Counted from the first letter of the stretch, positions 8,006-18,508 are shown. The stretch: DNA of 64,000 nucleotides from Vulcanimicrobiota bacterium (GCA_963812135.1 CAWETU010000001.1:1664001-1728000), one strand, 5' to 3'. The notes: generated from the sequence alone by a model not told the origin. Program-made: numbers and translations.

Positions 8006-9604
8006 ATGGCATTGCTTGCGGGCACCTCGATCGGACTAGAATCTTTCGGCATCGGCCCCGTCTCCGGCGCCGATTTCAACATGAGCGTTCCGGCCCTGTT
8101 CGAAGAGGCGATCCGGCGCGGCGAAGGGCTAGCAGCGGTGGCAGGACCCATCGTGGTCCGGACAGGCAAGCACACCGGCCGGTCTCCGCAAGACAAGTTC
8201 TTCGTCAAAGAACCCGCCAGCGAAGCCCATATCGACTGGGGCAAGACCAACAAGCCGTTCGACCAGCAGCGTTTTGAAGCGCTTCTCGGACACGTCGACG
8301 CCTATTTGCGCGACCAACACGTGTTCGTCACGGACGCGTTCGCCGGGGCGGATCCCGACTATCGGCTGCCGGTCCGCGTCGTGACCACGCAGGCGTGGCA
8401 GGCGCTGTTCGCGCGCCACTTGTTCATCGATCCTACCCCAGCGCAGCTCGCCCGCTTCGCGCCTGAGTTCGCGATCGTGGACGTAGCGGAGTTCTTAGCG
8501 TCGCCCGAGCGCGACGGCACGCGCAGCGAGACCTTCATCATCATCGACTTCAGCCGTCGCATCGTGCTGATCGGCGGCACGACGTATGCGGGCGAGATCA
8601 AAAAATCGGTCTTCACCCTGATGAACTACTTGCTTCCCTTGCAAGACGTCATGCCGATGCACTGCTCGGCCAACGTCGGCGCAGCCGGCGATGTCGCGGT
8701 CTTCTTCGGCCTTTCGGGCACGGGCAAGACCACGCTGTCGGCAGACCCAAAGCGCGCGTTGATCGGCGACGACGAGCACGGCTGGAGCAGCGCGGGCGTG
8801 TTCAATTTCGAGGGCGGATGCTACGCGAAGGTCATCAACCTCTCGCCGGAGCTTGAACCGCAGATCTATCCGACGACGCGCACCTTCGCCACGGTGCTGG
8901 AGAACGTCGTCATCGATCCAGCGACTCGCGAGCTCGATCTTGCCGACGCCTCGCTCACCGAGAACACGCGCGCGGCCTATCCGCTTACCTCGGTGACGAA
9001 CACGGTGCCATCGGGCCGGGCCGGGCATCCGAAGCACGTCGTCATGCTCACGTGCGATGCGTTCGGCGTCTTGCCGCCCATTTCACGCATGACGGTCCCG
9101 CAGGCGATGTATCACTTCTTGTCAGGCTACACGGCGAAGGTCGCCGGCACCGAAAAAGGCGTGACCGAACCGGAAGCGACGTTCTCGCAGTGTTTCGGCG
9201 CGCCGTTCATGGTGCACCATCCGATGGTGTACGCGAAGCTCCTCGGCGAACGGATCGCGCATCACAAGGTGGACTGCTGGCTGGTCAACACCGGTTGGAG
9301 CGGTGGCCCCTACGGCGTCGGCAAGCGCATGAAGCTGCCGTACACGCGCGCGATGATCGACGCCGCGCTCTCGGGCAAGTTGGCCGATGTCGAATTCGAG
9401 GCGGACCCGATCTTCAAGGTCGCCATTCCGAAGGCCGTGCCCGGCGTGCCTTCTCAGCTGCTGCAGCCGCGCTCGACATGGCACGACAAGGCGGCGTATG
9501 ACGCGAAGGCGCAAGATCTTGCCCGCTTGTTCACGGAAAACTTCAAGCGCTTCGAGGACACGGCAACACCCGAAGTACGCGCCGCTGGTCCCAGCGCGAG
9601 TTAG
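8006..9604 (+). CDS. pckA: Phosphoenolpyruvate carboxykinase (ATP)
   Basis: TGRSPQDK, YAGEIKKS, MHCSAN, FFGLSGTGKTTLS, IGDDEHGW, NFEGGCYAK. Confidence 0.97.
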   Translation: MALLAGTSIGLESFGIGPVSGADFNMSVPALFEEAIRRGEGLAAVAGPIVVRTGKHTGRSPQDKFFVKEPASEAHIDWGKTNKPFDQQRFEALLGHVDAYLRDQHVFVTDAFAGADPDYRLPVRVVTTQAWQALFARHLFIDPTPAQLARFAPEFAIVDVAEFLASPERDGTRSETFIIIDFSRRIVLIGGTTYAGEIKKSVFTLMNYLLPLQDVMPMHCSANVGAAGDVAVFFGLSGTGKTTLSADPKRALIGDDEHGWSSAGVFNFEGGCYAKVINLSPELEPQIYPTTRTFATVLENVVIDPATRELDLADASLTENTRAAYPLTSVTNTVPSGRAGHPKHVVMLTCDAFGVLPPISRMTVPQAMYHFLSGYTAKVAGTEKGVTEPEATFSQCFGAPFMVHHPMVYAKLLGERIAHHKVDCWLVNTGWSGGPYGVGKRMKLPYTRAMIDAALSGKLADVEFEADPIFKVAIPKAVPGVPSQLLQPRSTWHDKAAYDAKAQDLARLFTENFKRFEDTATPEVRAAGPSAS

Positions 9605-9615
9605 ATCTCCTTCGT

Positions 9616-10320
9616 ATGGATGTCGTCATCATCGGCGGCCCGCACTCGGGCGTCGGCAAGACGCTTGCCGCTGAAGTCGCGCTGCGCGCGCTCGACGGCC
9701 TGGGCTACGGCGCGATCAAGCTGACCGTCGCCGACGGCGAACGAGACCCCGAACACGACCATGGATCGTCCGCGCTCTCCGTCGCGCACGCGGCCGGCAT
9801 CTGCGGCCGGGGCGCTTCGTGCGGCGTCTGCGAGACCGTGTCCGCCAAGCTGCCGAGCCGGCTCATCGTGAGCGAGGGCGCGATCCACAAACGCGGTACC
9901 GACACGTGGCGTCTCGCGAGCGCGGGTGCTATAGCGGTGGCGTGGATCATCGCACTCCGCGAGGCAGCGCCGGCCGCGGTCGAAGCCGCGATGCAGCATC
10001 TGCAATCCAAAGGCGCGCGCGGCGTCGTGATCGAGGGGACGACGGCGCTCGACTGGTTGACCCCGCGGGCTTCCGTGATGGTCGCGACCGACCCCGGGCG
10101 GAAATGGAAAGACGTCGCGTTGCGCCACGTCGGAGATTGCGACATCGTCTTGCGCAACGTCACTCCGATTCCAAGCGGCGATGTCCCCGCGCCCGCCGCG
10201 TTTGCAGCCGCCAGCCCTCGCGTCTGCGACCTCGGCCGCGCCGACGACCCGGGGACGCAGTGGTATTCCGCACGCTTGCGAGAGCTGTGCGCGCCCTTTT
10301 CCGTTAGAGCGAACTCGTAA
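9616..10320 (+). CDS. MobB-like P-loop NTPase with His/Cys-rich insert
   Basis: GGPHSGVGKT Walker A, GAIK, GTDTWRL..AGA and VVIEG follow the MobB pattern; insert HDH...CGRGASCGVC. Confidence 0.6.
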   Translation: MDVVIIGGPHSGVGKTLAAEVALRALDGLGYGAIKLTVADGERDPEHDHGSSALSVAHAAGICGRGASCGVCETVSAKLPSRLIVSEGAIHKRGTDTWRLASAGAIAVAWIIALREAAPAAVEAAMQHLQSKGARGVVIEGTTALDWLTPRASVMVATDPGRKWKDVALRHVGDCDIVLRNVTPIPSGDVPAPAAFAAASPRVCDLGRADDPGTQWYSARLRELCAPFSVRANS

Positions 10321-11089
10321 GCCGGCGGCACAGCTCCATAACGGCTGCAACCGGATCCGCGGCGCCGAACGCTTCCACGAGCGCGCTGCCCACGACAATG
10401 CCGTCGGCGACCTTCGCGATCGCGCGCACGTCCTCGGACGTCGAAACGCCAAACCCGACTACCAACGGTTTATCAATCATCGCGCGCAATTCGTTCAATC
10501 TGCCTGGCAGCGAACGATCGACTCCCGCGTGCGTCCCGGTCACCCCCATTCGGCCAGCGACATACACGAAGCCAGTGGAGGCCGCGGCGATCGCGACTGC
10601 GCGCTTCCTCGGCGTCGTCGGCGCGACCAGAAACGAAAGCGAGAGGCCCTGCGCGGCGAGCGCAGCGGCCAGCGATCCGGCCTCTTCCGGCGGCAGATCC
10701 GGCACGATTGCACCCGCGAACCCGGCTTCGCGCAGATCAGAAGCGCTTCGTGCGAGGCCGCGCGCGTAGAGCGGATTATAGTACGTGAACGCGATTAGCG
10801 GCACACCCGCATCGCACCGTGACGCGATGTCGAGGACCGCGTCGAAGGTGGCGCCGTTGTCGAGCGCGCGTTGTGACGAGGCTTGGATGATCGGCCCATC
10901 GGCGAGCGGGTCAGAGTAGGGAAATCCCAGCTCGATAAGATCGGCGCCGCCTTCACACGCGGCGCGGACGAGTTCAGGCGTCAGCGCGAGACTCGGAAAA
11001 CCGGCGGTCAAGAAGGCGATGAACGCGGGCCGCCGCTGCGCACGGCAGCGCTCGAAAGTCGCTGCGACTGACGAGGCGACGGTCCTCAC
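10304..11089 (-). CDS. trpA: Tryptophan synthase alpha chain
   Basis: [41 protein letters not shown]. Confidence 0.96.
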   Translation of the reverse strand: MRTVASSVAATFERCRAQRRPAFIAFLTAGFPSLALTPELVRAACEGGADLIELGFPYSDPLADGPIIQASSQRALDNGATFDAVLDIASRCDAGVPLIAFTYYNPLYARGLARSASDLREAGFAGAIVPDLPPEEAGSLAAALAAQGLSLSFLVAPTTPRKRAVAIAAASTGFVYVAGRMGVTGTHAGVDRSLPGRLNELRAMIDKPLVVGFGVSTSEDVRAIAKVADGIVVGSALVEAFGAADPVAAVMELCRRLTSSL

Positions 11090-12282
11090 GCCTGCCCCGC
11101 TGTCTCGGCCAGTGCGAAACGCACGGTGTCCTTATCGCCCCGTCCCGAACAGTTCACGAGCACCATCGCGTCTTCGGGAACTTCTCGCGCAAGTTTGCAC
11201 GCGTACGCGACGGCGTGTGCGCTCTCCAACGCCGGCACGATGCCTTCTGTTAGTGCGAGCGTTTCGAAGGCGGCACGCGCCTGAGCGTCGTCGACCGTTA
11301 CGTAGCGTGCTCGGCCGGACGCTTGCAGCGCTGCATGCTGCGGTCCAACGCCGGGGTAGTCCAGCCCGGCGGCGATCGAGTGCGTCGCGCTGATCTGGCC
11401 GTTGCCGTCCTGGAGCACTTTGGTCAGCGCGCCGTGCAGCACGCCGTCGCTGCCGGCAGCCAACGTCGCGGCATGCGCGCCGCCGCACTCGAGCCCGGCG
11501 CCACCCGCTTCTACTCCACACAGCGCGACCTCGGCGTCGCCGAGAAACGCGCTGAATATGCCGAGCGCATTGCTCCCGCCGCCCACACAGGCGACGACGT
11601 GGGTGGGCAGGCGCCCCTCGCGCTCGAGCACCTGTGCACGCGCTTCGTCGCCAATCACACGCACGAACTCGCCTACCAACTGAGGATAGGGGTGCGGACC
11701 GACGGCCGAACCGATCATGTAGAACGTGTCTTGGGCGCTGGCCGCCCAGTCGCGCAGAGCCTCGTTGGTCGCATCTTTCAGCGTGCGAGCTCCGCTGCTC
11801 ACCGCTTCGACCTGCGCGCCGAGGAGCCGCATCAGGTAGACGTTGAGCGATTGGCGCTCGATGTCATCGGAACCCATATAGACGACGACGGGGATCTGGA
11901 GCAAAGCCCCGACGGTCGCGGCCGCGACCCCGTGCTGGCCGGCGCCCGTCTCGGCGATGATGCGCCTGCGGCCCATTCGCTTCGCGAGCAGACCTTGACC
12001 GATCGCGTTGTTGATCTTATGCGCGCCGGTATGGTTGAGATCTTCGCGCTTGAGCACGATCCGCGCGCCGCCGTTGGCGCGAGACAGGTTCTCGCACGGC
12101 GTCAGCGGCGTCGGACGTCCGACGTAGTCGCGCAGCAACCGGCGATACTCGCCCCAGAACTGTTGGTCGGCGAATGCGGTTCGCATCGCATCTTCGAGCT
12201 GGACCAGCGGCTCGACGAGCACTTCAGGCACGAAGCGCCCGCCAAAACGTCCGAAATAGCCGCGCTCGTCAGGCTTGTACAC
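11086..12282 (-). CDS. trpB: Tryptophan synthase beta chain
   Basis: Start moved to GTG at 12282 (GGGAGG RBS). [46 protein letters not shown]. Confidence 0.96.
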   Translation of the reverse strand: MYKPDERGYFGRFGGRFVPEVLVEPLVQLEDAMRTAFADQQFWGEYRRLLRDYVGRPTPLTPCENLSRANGGARIVLKREDLNHTGAHKINNAIGQGLLAKRMGRRRIIAETGAGQHGVAAATVGALLQIPVVVYMGSDDIERQSLNVYLMRLLGAQVEAVSSGARTLKDATNEALRDWAASAQDTFYMIGSAVGPHPYPQLVGEFVRVIGDEARAQVLEREGRLPTHVVACVGGGSNALGIFSAFLGDAEVALCGVEAGGAGLECGGAHAATLAAGSDGVLHGALTKVLQDGNGQISATHSIAAGLDYPGVGPQHAALQASGRARYVTVDDAQARAAFETLALTEGIVPALESAHAVAYACKLAREVPEDAMVLVNCSGRGDKDTVRFALAETAGQA

Positions 12283-12892
12283 GATACGCCTCCCTGACCG
12301 AGCGAGCGAACGCGGCGAGTAGATCCGGATCCTTGCGGCCAGAGCGCTCGACCCCGCTGCGCACATCGACGCCGTCTGGCCGCAGCCTGCGGATCGCGTC
12401 GGCGACGTTGTCGGGCGTGAGTCCGCCCGCGAGGATGAACGGCGCAGGGCTGCCGTCGCGGATGCGCTTGGCGATCGAAGCATCGACCATGCGACCTGTG
12501 CCGCCATAGGCTACGCGGCTGCGCGCATCTGCGATCACGCCGATCGCGTGAGCGCGTTGCACCTCGTCGGGCGCCGGTGGGCGCTCCCGCGCAGTCAACA
12601 AGGTCGGCACGCCGAACGAACCGCAGAACTCGGGCGTCTCATCACCCGCGAATTGCAGCACGTCGAGCCGGCAGCGCCGCAGCGCAAGCTCGACCAATTC
12701 GCGCGGCGAGTTCGCGAAGACGCCGACGCACGCCACATCGTCCGGCGCGGCCGCGGTGAGCGGTGCCGCGTCGTCGGGTGCCAACCGTCGGGGGCTGTCG
12801 GCGAAGATGAACCCGATCGCGTCCGCCCCGGCGCGAGCGCACAGGTCAACGTCGAGGGCGCTGGTGAGCCCGCAGATCTTGAGCGTGATCAT
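12269..12892 (-). CDS. trpF: Phosphoribosylanthranilate isomerase
   Basis: [36 protein letters not shown]. Confidence 0.95.
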   Translation of the reverse strand: MITLKICGLTSALDVDLCARAGADAIGFIFADSPRRLAPDDAAPLTAAAPDDVACVGVFANSPRELVELALRRCRLDVLQFAGDETPEFCGSFGVPTLLTARERPPAPDEVQRAHAIGVIADARSRVAYGGTGRMVDASIAKRIRDGSPAPFILAGGLTPDNVADAIRRLRPDGVDVRSGVERSGRKDPDLLAAFARSVREAYRVQA

Positions 12893-13668
12893 GCGGGCAC
12901 GCCTCGCAATGCGGCGACGGCCGCGACTGGGTCGGTCGCGCGCATCAGCGATTCACCGATCAGCACGGCGGCGATGCCGTTTCGGGCGCATTCGCCGATA
13001 TCCGAGGCCTTCGAGTAACCGCTTTCGGCGATGACCAGACACTCGGGCGGGAGCATGCGCCGCAAGCGCAACGCGGTCGAGCGGTCGACCGTCAACGTGC
13101 GCAGATCGCGGTTGTTGATGCCGACGACCGTCGCGCCGCAGCGCAACGCGCGCCGGATCTCGCTCTCATCGTGCACCTCGACCACCGCGCACATGCCGAG
13201 CGATTCGGCGAGCCCTCGGAAGGTGTCCAGCTCTTCCGTGGTCAGCAGAGCGACGATGAGCAGGACGGCGTCCGCGCCGGCTTCAGCGGATTCCCAGATC
13301 TGATATTCGTCGACGATGAAGTCTTTGCGCAGCACCGGCAACCCGCACGCGTTGCGCGCCATCACCAGATCATCGAGCCCGCCGCGGAAAAATCGCGGCT
13401 CGGTGAGTATCGAAAGTGCCGCTGCTCCGCCGTCCTGGTAGGCGCGGGCGGTCGCAGCAAGATCGCGATCGCCGAGGTCGCCTGCCGATGGCGAGCAACG
13501 CTTGAACTCCGCGATGATCGACGGCGACCCGGAGCGCAGCGCGCGCGCGAAGTTGCGAGCCGCAGGCCGCCGCGCCGCAGGGTCGTGCAGCATCTCGATC
13601 GGGAGGCACGCCTTGCGCCGGCGAACGTCGCGCAGCCGGCTCGCGACGATGGCGTCCAGTTGGTTCAT
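12889..13668 (-). CDS. trpC: Indole-3-glycerol-phosphate synthase
   Basis: Start at ATG 13668 overlapping the trpD stop. IAEFKRCSPS, LSILTE, LRKDFI, GINNRDL, AESG. Confidence 0.95.
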   Translation of the reverse strand: MNQLDAIVASRLRDVRRRKACLPIEMLHDPAARRPAARNFARALRSGSPSIIAEFKRCSPSAGDLGDRDLAATARAYQDGGAAALSILTEPRFFRGGLDDLVMARNACGLPVLRKDFIVDEYQIWESAEAGADAVLLIVALLTTEELDTFRGLAESLGMCAVVEVHDESEIRRALRCGATVVGINNRDLRTLTVDRSTALRLRRMLPPECLVIAESGYSKASDIGECARNGIAAVLIGESLMRATDPVAAVAALRGVPA

Positions 13669-14705
13669 CGGTTGGTCTCCCGTATAAGGATGTCGAGCTT
13701 TTCGAGCGCTGCGCCCTCGTCGATCGCGCGCCGCGCGAGGGTGGCAGCGTCCAAGATGCTCTGCGCGCGTCCTGCGATATACAATGCGAGCGCGGCGTTG
13801 AGCACGACCACGTCGCGATGCGCCCCCGGCGCGCCGCACAGCACGCGGCGCACGATGGCTGCGTTATCCGCAGCATCGCCGCCGAGCAGCGCCGAGGTCG
13901 GCCCTCGGTCGAGATCGGCATCTTCGGGCGCGATCTCGTACTCGAGAACCCGGCCGTCGCAGACCTCGAGAACGTGGGTAGGGCCCACTAGCGTCGCTTC
14001 GTCCAGGCCGTCGCACCCGCGCAACACCGCCGCGCGCTCCGCGCCAAGCCGGTACAGCGCCTCCGCGACGGCGCGATGCGCGCCAGCATGCGCCACGCCG
14101 ACGATCTGGCGGGGGACGCCAGCCGGGTTCGTCAGCGGGCCGAGCACGTTGAACAGCGTTCTGATGCCGATCTGCCGGCGCACCGGCGCGACGTGGCGCA
14201 TCGCCGGGTGGTGTGCCTGCGCGAAGATGAAGGTGATGCCGTGTTCGTCGAGGATCTCACCGCACCGGCCGGGCGTCACGTCGATCCGCACCCCGCACGC
14301 TTCGAGCACGTCGGCACTGCCGCAGCGGCTGCTCATCGCCCGGTTGCCGTGCTTGGCCACGGGCACCCCTGCGCCCGCGACGACGAACGCGACCGCGGTC
14401 GAGATGTTGAACGTGCCGGACGCGTCGCCGCCAGTGCCGCAGACGTCGATCGTGTCGCGACGGTATGTGCGCACCGGGACCGCGTGCGCGCGCATCGCCA
14501 TGGCGGCGCCCGCGATTTCCGCCGCCGTCTCGCCCTTGAGCGCGAGCGCGACGAGCAACGCCGCGATCTGCGCGGCGCTGACGTCGCCGCTCATGATCGC
14601 GTTCATGGCGTCGTGCATGGCGTCGGCACCCAGATCGACGCGTGCCGCCGCCGAGCGGATGTGATCGCCGAGCGAACGCGATGACCCGACGTGCAACGCG
14701 CTCAT
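13665..14705 (-). CDS. trpD: Anthranilate phosphoribosyltransferase
   Basis: DVCGTGGD..TFNIST, KHGNR..SS..GSAD, GPLTNP, GLDE. Confidence 0.96.
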   Translation of the reverse strand: MSALHVGSSRSLGDHIRSAAARVDLGADAMHDAMNAIMSGDVSAAQIAALLVALALKGETAAEIAGAAMAMRAHAVPVRTYRRDTIDVCGTGGDASGTFNISTAVAFVVAGAGVPVAKHGNRAMSSRCGSADVLEACGVRIDVTPGRCGEILDEHGITFIFAQAHHPAMRHVAPVRRQIGIRTLFNVLGPLTNPAGVPRQIVGVAHAGAHRAVAEALYRLGAERAAVLRGCDGLDEATLVGPTHVLEVCDGRVLEYEIAPEDADLDRGPTSALLGGDAADNAAIVRRVLCGAPGAHRDVVVLNAALALYIAGRAQSILDAATLARRAIDEGAALEKLDILIRETNR

Positions 14706-15298
14706 GACGCGAGCCCCGCGATGGCGAGGAAGTTCTCCAGGATCCGCGGACCATGTTTGGTCAAGATCGATTCGGGGTGGAACTGCAGGCCGAACACCGG
14801 CCGGTTGCGATCCGCGATCGCCATCAGCGCGCCGTCGTCTCCGGCTGCGATCTGCACGAGGTCGTCCGGCAGACCTGCGTCGACGTGAAGCGAGTGGTAC
14901 CGGCCGGCCGCGAAGCGTTTGGGCACGCCGGCGAAGAGCCTATGATCCGCATGCTCGACCATCGTCGCCCGTCCATGCACGACGGCGCCGCGGCTGACGC
15001 TGCCGCCGTAGGCGAGCCCGATCGCCTGATGGCCCAAGCAAACGCCCAAGATGGGGCACCGTCCGCGCAGCGCCTTGATCAGTTCAATGCTGCGGCCGGC
15101 TAGCTGCGGACTCCCCGGGCCAGGCGAAAGCACCAGCGCGGCCGGCGGCGTGGTGAACAGCTCGTCCAGCGCGGGCGCGTCATTGCGCATTACGCGCAAA
15201 TCGATTCTGTGTCGGCCGATCTCGTCCGCGAGGTTGTACGTGAAGGAGTCGTAGTTGTCGATGATCACGGTTTCGCGTTTCTTACGGGGCGCTTTCAT
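14702..15298 (-). CDS. trpG: Anthranilate synthase component II (glutamine amidotransferase)
   Basis: Start at ATG 15298. IDNYDSFTYNL, SPGPG, GVCLGHQ, RYHSL, QFHPES. Confidence 0.95.
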   Translation of the reverse strand: MKAPRKKRETVIIDNYDSFTYNLADEIGRHRIDLRVMRNDAPALDELFTTPPAALVLSPGPGSPQLAGRSIELIKALRGRCPILGVCLGHQAIGLAYGGSVSRGAVVHGRATMVEHADHRLFAGVPKRFAAGRYHSLHVDAGLPDDLVQIAAGDDGALMAIADRNRPVFGLQFHPESILTKHGPRILENFLAIAGLAS

Positions 15299-16728
15299 GC
15301 CACGCTCCTTCTCGCGGTGCGCGTTCGCGCTGCCATGGCGATCGCGGCGAAGACCGCATCCGCCTTCGCGCGGCACTCGGCGTCTTCTCGCGACGGTACG
15401 GATGCGGAGACGATTCCAGCGCCGGCCGCGCAATGATAGATCCCATCGTAGGCGTGCGCGCTGCGCAGTGTGATGCACGAATCAAGCGATCCGTCGAAGC
15501 CAAGCCGGCACACGGCCCCGGCGTAGAAACCCCGCCGGCGCCCCTCGAGCTCCGCGATCAGCTCCATCGCGCGTATCTTGGGAGCGCCGCTGACCGTGCC
15601 GGCGGGAAACGCCGCCGCAAATGCGTCCAGCCCGTCGCAGCCAGGGCGCAAACGACCTGATACCTCGGAGACGAGATGCATGACATGACTGAAGCGCTCG
15701 ACCGACAGCAGTTCGTCCACATGGACGCTGCCGGGCATGCTGACGCGCGCGAGGTCGTTGCGGGCGAGGTCCACGAGCATGATGTGTTCGGCGCGCTCCT
15801 TCGGATCGCGACGCAGTTGGCGCGCGCGGCGGGCGTCTGCGATGGGGTCGTGCGCACGGGTGCGCGTTCCCGCAAGTGGCCGGATGCGCGCCTGACCCCC
15901 AGCGCACGCGACGAGCATCTCAGGCGACGACCCGAACAGCTGGCCCCAGCCGAGGTCCAAGAAGAACATATACGGCGAAGGATTCACGGCGCGCAGCGCA
16001 CGGTATGCGTCGAATGCCAGCGTCGTCAAGGGCGCCTCCCAGCGCTGCGCGAGGACGATCTGGAACGCCTCGCCCGCCTCGATCGCCTCCTTCGCCTGGG
16101 CGACCGCCGTTTGATACGGGAGCGGGCCGGCGACGGGCATGGGCTCTATCGGTTGGCTGCCCCGAACCAGCGGCGCGATACGCGCTTCGTCGAGGACGTC
16201 GACCACGCGTCGCGCGACGCCCGCGCCGTCGTGAGTCGAAAACGCGTGCACGTCGAGCTCGTGCGACAAGTGGTCGAAGACCACCAGAACCTCGGGCACG
16301 ACTAGATGCAGGTCAGGCATCGGATCGCTGCCGCGCGGCAATGTCGGGAGACGCTCGAAGCGGCCGGCGAATTCGTAGGCAGCGGCCCCATACGCTCCGA
16401 GGAATTCGGAGGTCGCGTGCGCGGGAGCAAGCCGCGCCAGCAGCCGGCGCGCGGCGCCGAGGGGATCGGACGCGTCGCCGGCGAGCGCCACGTGCTCGCC
16501 GTCGATCTGAAGGCGCACGCCCTGATCGTCGACGATCAGCTCCCCGCGGGCGCCGAGGCCGATGATCGAATGGCGCGCCGCCTGGCCAGCGCCGGGCGCG
16601 CTTTCGAACAGGAACGAGTGCCCCATGCGCAAGCCGCGCAGGGCGGCAAACGCGGCGATGGGGGTAACGCCATCCGCGAGGAGGCGCTCGGTCACAACTG
16701 GGTTCGATGACATCGTTGGTACGCTCAT
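15295..16728 (-). CDS. trpE: Anthranilate synthase component I
   Basis: FLFES, NPSPY, SSPE, PLAGT, EHIMLVDLARND, FPAGTVSGAPK; start at 16728 after GGAGA. Confidence 0.95.
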   Translation of the reverse strand: MSVPTMSSNPVVTERLLADGVTPIAAFAALRGLRMGHSFLFESAPGAGQAARHSIIGLGARGELIVDDQGVRLQIDGEHVALAGDASDPLGAARRLLARLAPAHATSEFLGAYGAAAYEFAGRFERLPTLPRGSDPMPDLHLVVPEVLVVFDHLSHELDVHAFSTHDGAGVARRVVDVLDEARIAPLVRGSQPIEPMPVAGPLPYQTAVAQAKEAIEAGEAFQIVLAQRWEAPLTTLAFDAYRALRAVNPSPYMFFLDLGWGQLFGSSPEMLVACAGGQARIRPLAGTRTRAHDPIADARRARQLRRDPKERAEHIMLVDLARNDLARVSMPGSVHVDELLSVERFSHVMHLVSEVSGRLRPGCDGLDAFAAAFPAGTVSGAPKIRAMELIAELEGRRRGFYAGAVCRLGFDGSLDSCITLRSAHAYDGIYHCAAGAGIVSASVPSREDAECRAKADAVFAAIAMAARTRTARRSVA

Positions 16729-16738
16729 GGGCTTCTCC

Positions 16739-16778
16739 AAAAACAAAAACGGCCGGCTCTTCATATGAGCCCGCCGTT
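16739..16778 (-). terminator. trp attenuator terminator (3:4 hairpin)
   Basis: Minus strand AACGGCGGGCTC-ATATGAA-GAGCCGGCCGTT followed by TTTGTTTTT. Confidence 0.88.
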
Positions 16779-16804
16779 GCGGTTTCGAAAATCCGGCGCT
16801 TAGA

Positions 16805-16903
16805 TCAGATCAGCGTGCGGACATGACGAACCTGGCGGGCTTGAGCCCACCACCACCAGACGTTCACCGCTTTGCGCGCGCAAAGGAGATTCGTCAGTCG
16901 CAT
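16805..16903 (-). CDS. trpL: trp operon leader peptide (4 tandem Trp codons)
   Basis: Manual translation MRLTNLLCARKAVNVWWWWAQARQVRHVRTLI*; alternative GTG start at 16867; directly upstream of the terminator and trpE. Confidence 0.88.
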   Translation of the reverse strand: MRLTNLLCARKAVNVWWWWAQARQVRHVRTLI

Positions 16904-16958
16904 CAGGTCCGCGCCGTTCCCGTCTGCGCCGACGGTCTCCTGCCCGGCGTTTTCGTAT

Positions 16959-17543
16959 TCATTCCGTTTTCAGAGGGGGGCGCTCGGGCAGCGGCATTCT
17001 CCGGATGCCTGGAGGGTAGAGGCTCGGGTGCTCCCGCATCCAGTCCTCCGAGAGCACGGCAAGATATTCATAGTTCTCCCAGATCGCGGCCTGGCCAGTA
17101 GCACTACGCGCATCGACGAGCGACTTCACCATGAGCTTCCAATAGCGCGAGATGACCCACGAATACCGGTCGAGGAAGATGTCTTTGTCGACGATGCCCT
17201 GCTTGACGAGTATGCCCAGCTCTTCGTATGCGTTCCCTATCACGTTCATCGCCTCGCGTACCGCTTCGTATTCAGGGATAGGATCCTGCTGCTGGTTGCG
17301 ATCCATTCGAGCGTTGTAGGCGCGGTACTCCGGATCGTCTTCAACCAAGGGAAGTTTGTGTTGGACGACGGCGATAGCATCAGTGAACGCTTTGCTGCTG
17401 AGCTCCTCGCCGATGGCCAGCATGGCGTTGATCTGATTGCCCGCTCGCAAGTGCCGCAGCTGCGCCAGCGCTGCGATCGCAGTCGCAGCGATGATGCACA
17501 CCGTGAGGAGCGAGGCAAGCGCGTTGAGCAGCTCGAGCGACAT
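16959..17543 (-). CDS. Membrane-anchored hypothetical protein, DUF4760-like
   Basis: N-terminal TM helix followed by QLRH...Q, central NAYEELGILVKQG, C-terminal ENYEYL; family call from recall. Confidence 0.6.
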   Translation of the reverse strand: MSLELLNALASLLTVCIIAATAIAALAQLRHLRAGNQINAMLAIGEELSSKAFTDAIAVVQHKLPLVEDDPEYRAYNARMDRNQQQDPIPEYEAVREAMNVIGNAYEELGILVKQGIVDKDIFLDRYSWVISRYWKLMVKSLVDARSATGQAAIWENYEYLAVLSEDWMREHPSLYPPGIRRMPLPERPPLKTE

Positions 17544-17581
17544 CCGTACCTCTGCTGACGAACGCGCGGGAGCTTAGAGCG

Positions 17582-18508
17582 TCAACGCACCGCGAGACCG
17601 GTCGAGCAGCCAGCACCAGCAGGAAGCGGCAGCGTATACGCCGGCGCTGATGTCGCGCTGAAGGTCGCCGTGGCGAAGACCTTGATCGACGAGGAACAAT
17701 CCGACACGTAGAGATTACCTGACGAGTCGAGCGCCATATAATATGGTGCATTGAGCGTCGTATTCGCCTTCAGATCAGTGATCGCCGGCGTCGCGCCGTC
17801 GTTGATGGGCGCGTTGTAGCGATAGAGGTTGCCGGTGGTGAAGTCGCCGACATACAGATTCCCAGCTGGGTCGAGAAGCATCGCTATCGGCTCGCTGAGG
17901 ACCGAAAGATTCGCATTGATCGACGTGGGCGGCGCATTGAGGCGGACGACGTGATCGTTGGCGGTCACGTACAGGTTGCCCGCACCATCGGAAATGTCGT
18001 TCCACGGTGATGCGACGGCGATGTTCGCAAAGGTCGCGGGCGAGATCGTGCCGCTGAACGGTCCGTGGTAACCGAGCAGCCGCCCGTTGCCCTCATCGCC
18101 GACCCACAGGTTGCCGGTCGGATCGAAAGCAAAACTGAAGGCGTTTGCCGTGTTGGTCGGGGCCGTCGCGGTTAAGGTTACATTCGAAACCGGTACGCTT
18201 GCCGCGGTGAGGGGTAGCGTGTAGCCGTGCAGCACCGACGGACTGGTATCCTGGTCCACCCAGAACGTACCGCTCGCATCGAACGCCGCGTCATAGAGCG
18301 GGGTGAATCCGGTCGTCACGGTCACAGTCGGCACTGCCGCGGCGCTCGCGGGCAACGAGTAGACGAATATCTTCTTCGTGGTCAGGTCGACGGCATACAG
18401 GTTTTGGGGCGCCGGTGGCGGCGGCGGTGCCGTGCTGCTGTTGCTGCAAGCGTCCAACGACACGGCGACAAAAAGGCTCAGGACAACGGCAAAGTGATTT
18501 AACCGCAT
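17582..18508 (-). CDS. Lipoprotein with NHL/beta-propeller repeats
   Basis: Signal peptide with lipobox LDAC, Pro linker, repeated AFD.SGNLYV/LWV blades. Confidence 0.8.
   Translation of the reverse strand: MRLNHFAVVLSLFVAVSLDACSNSSTAPPPPPAPQNLYAVDLTTKKIFVYSLPASAAAVPTVTVTTGFTPLYDAAFDASGTFWVDQDTSPSVLHGYTLPLTAASVPVSNVTLTATAPTNTANAFSFAFDPTGNLWVGDEGNGRLLGYHGPFSGTISPATFANIAVASPWNDISDGAGNLYVTANDHVVRLNAPPTSINANLSVLSEPIAMLLDPAGNLYVGDFTTGNLYRYNAPINDGATPAITDLKANTTLNAPYYMALDSSGNLYVSDCSSSIKVFATATFSATSAPAYTLPLPAGAGCSTGLAVR

Noticed and set aside
11086..12507. Extended N-termini in the ORF track (trpB, trpC, trpG, rplQ, rplE, rplV, btuB, btuD and others)
   Set aside because: The extensions overlap upstream genes and lack homology; downstream starts with RBS or stop-start overlap fit better.
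16765..16958. T-box or TRAP regulation of trp
   Set aside because: No T-box consensus or (G/U)AG repeat run; the leader-peptide attenuator explains the region.
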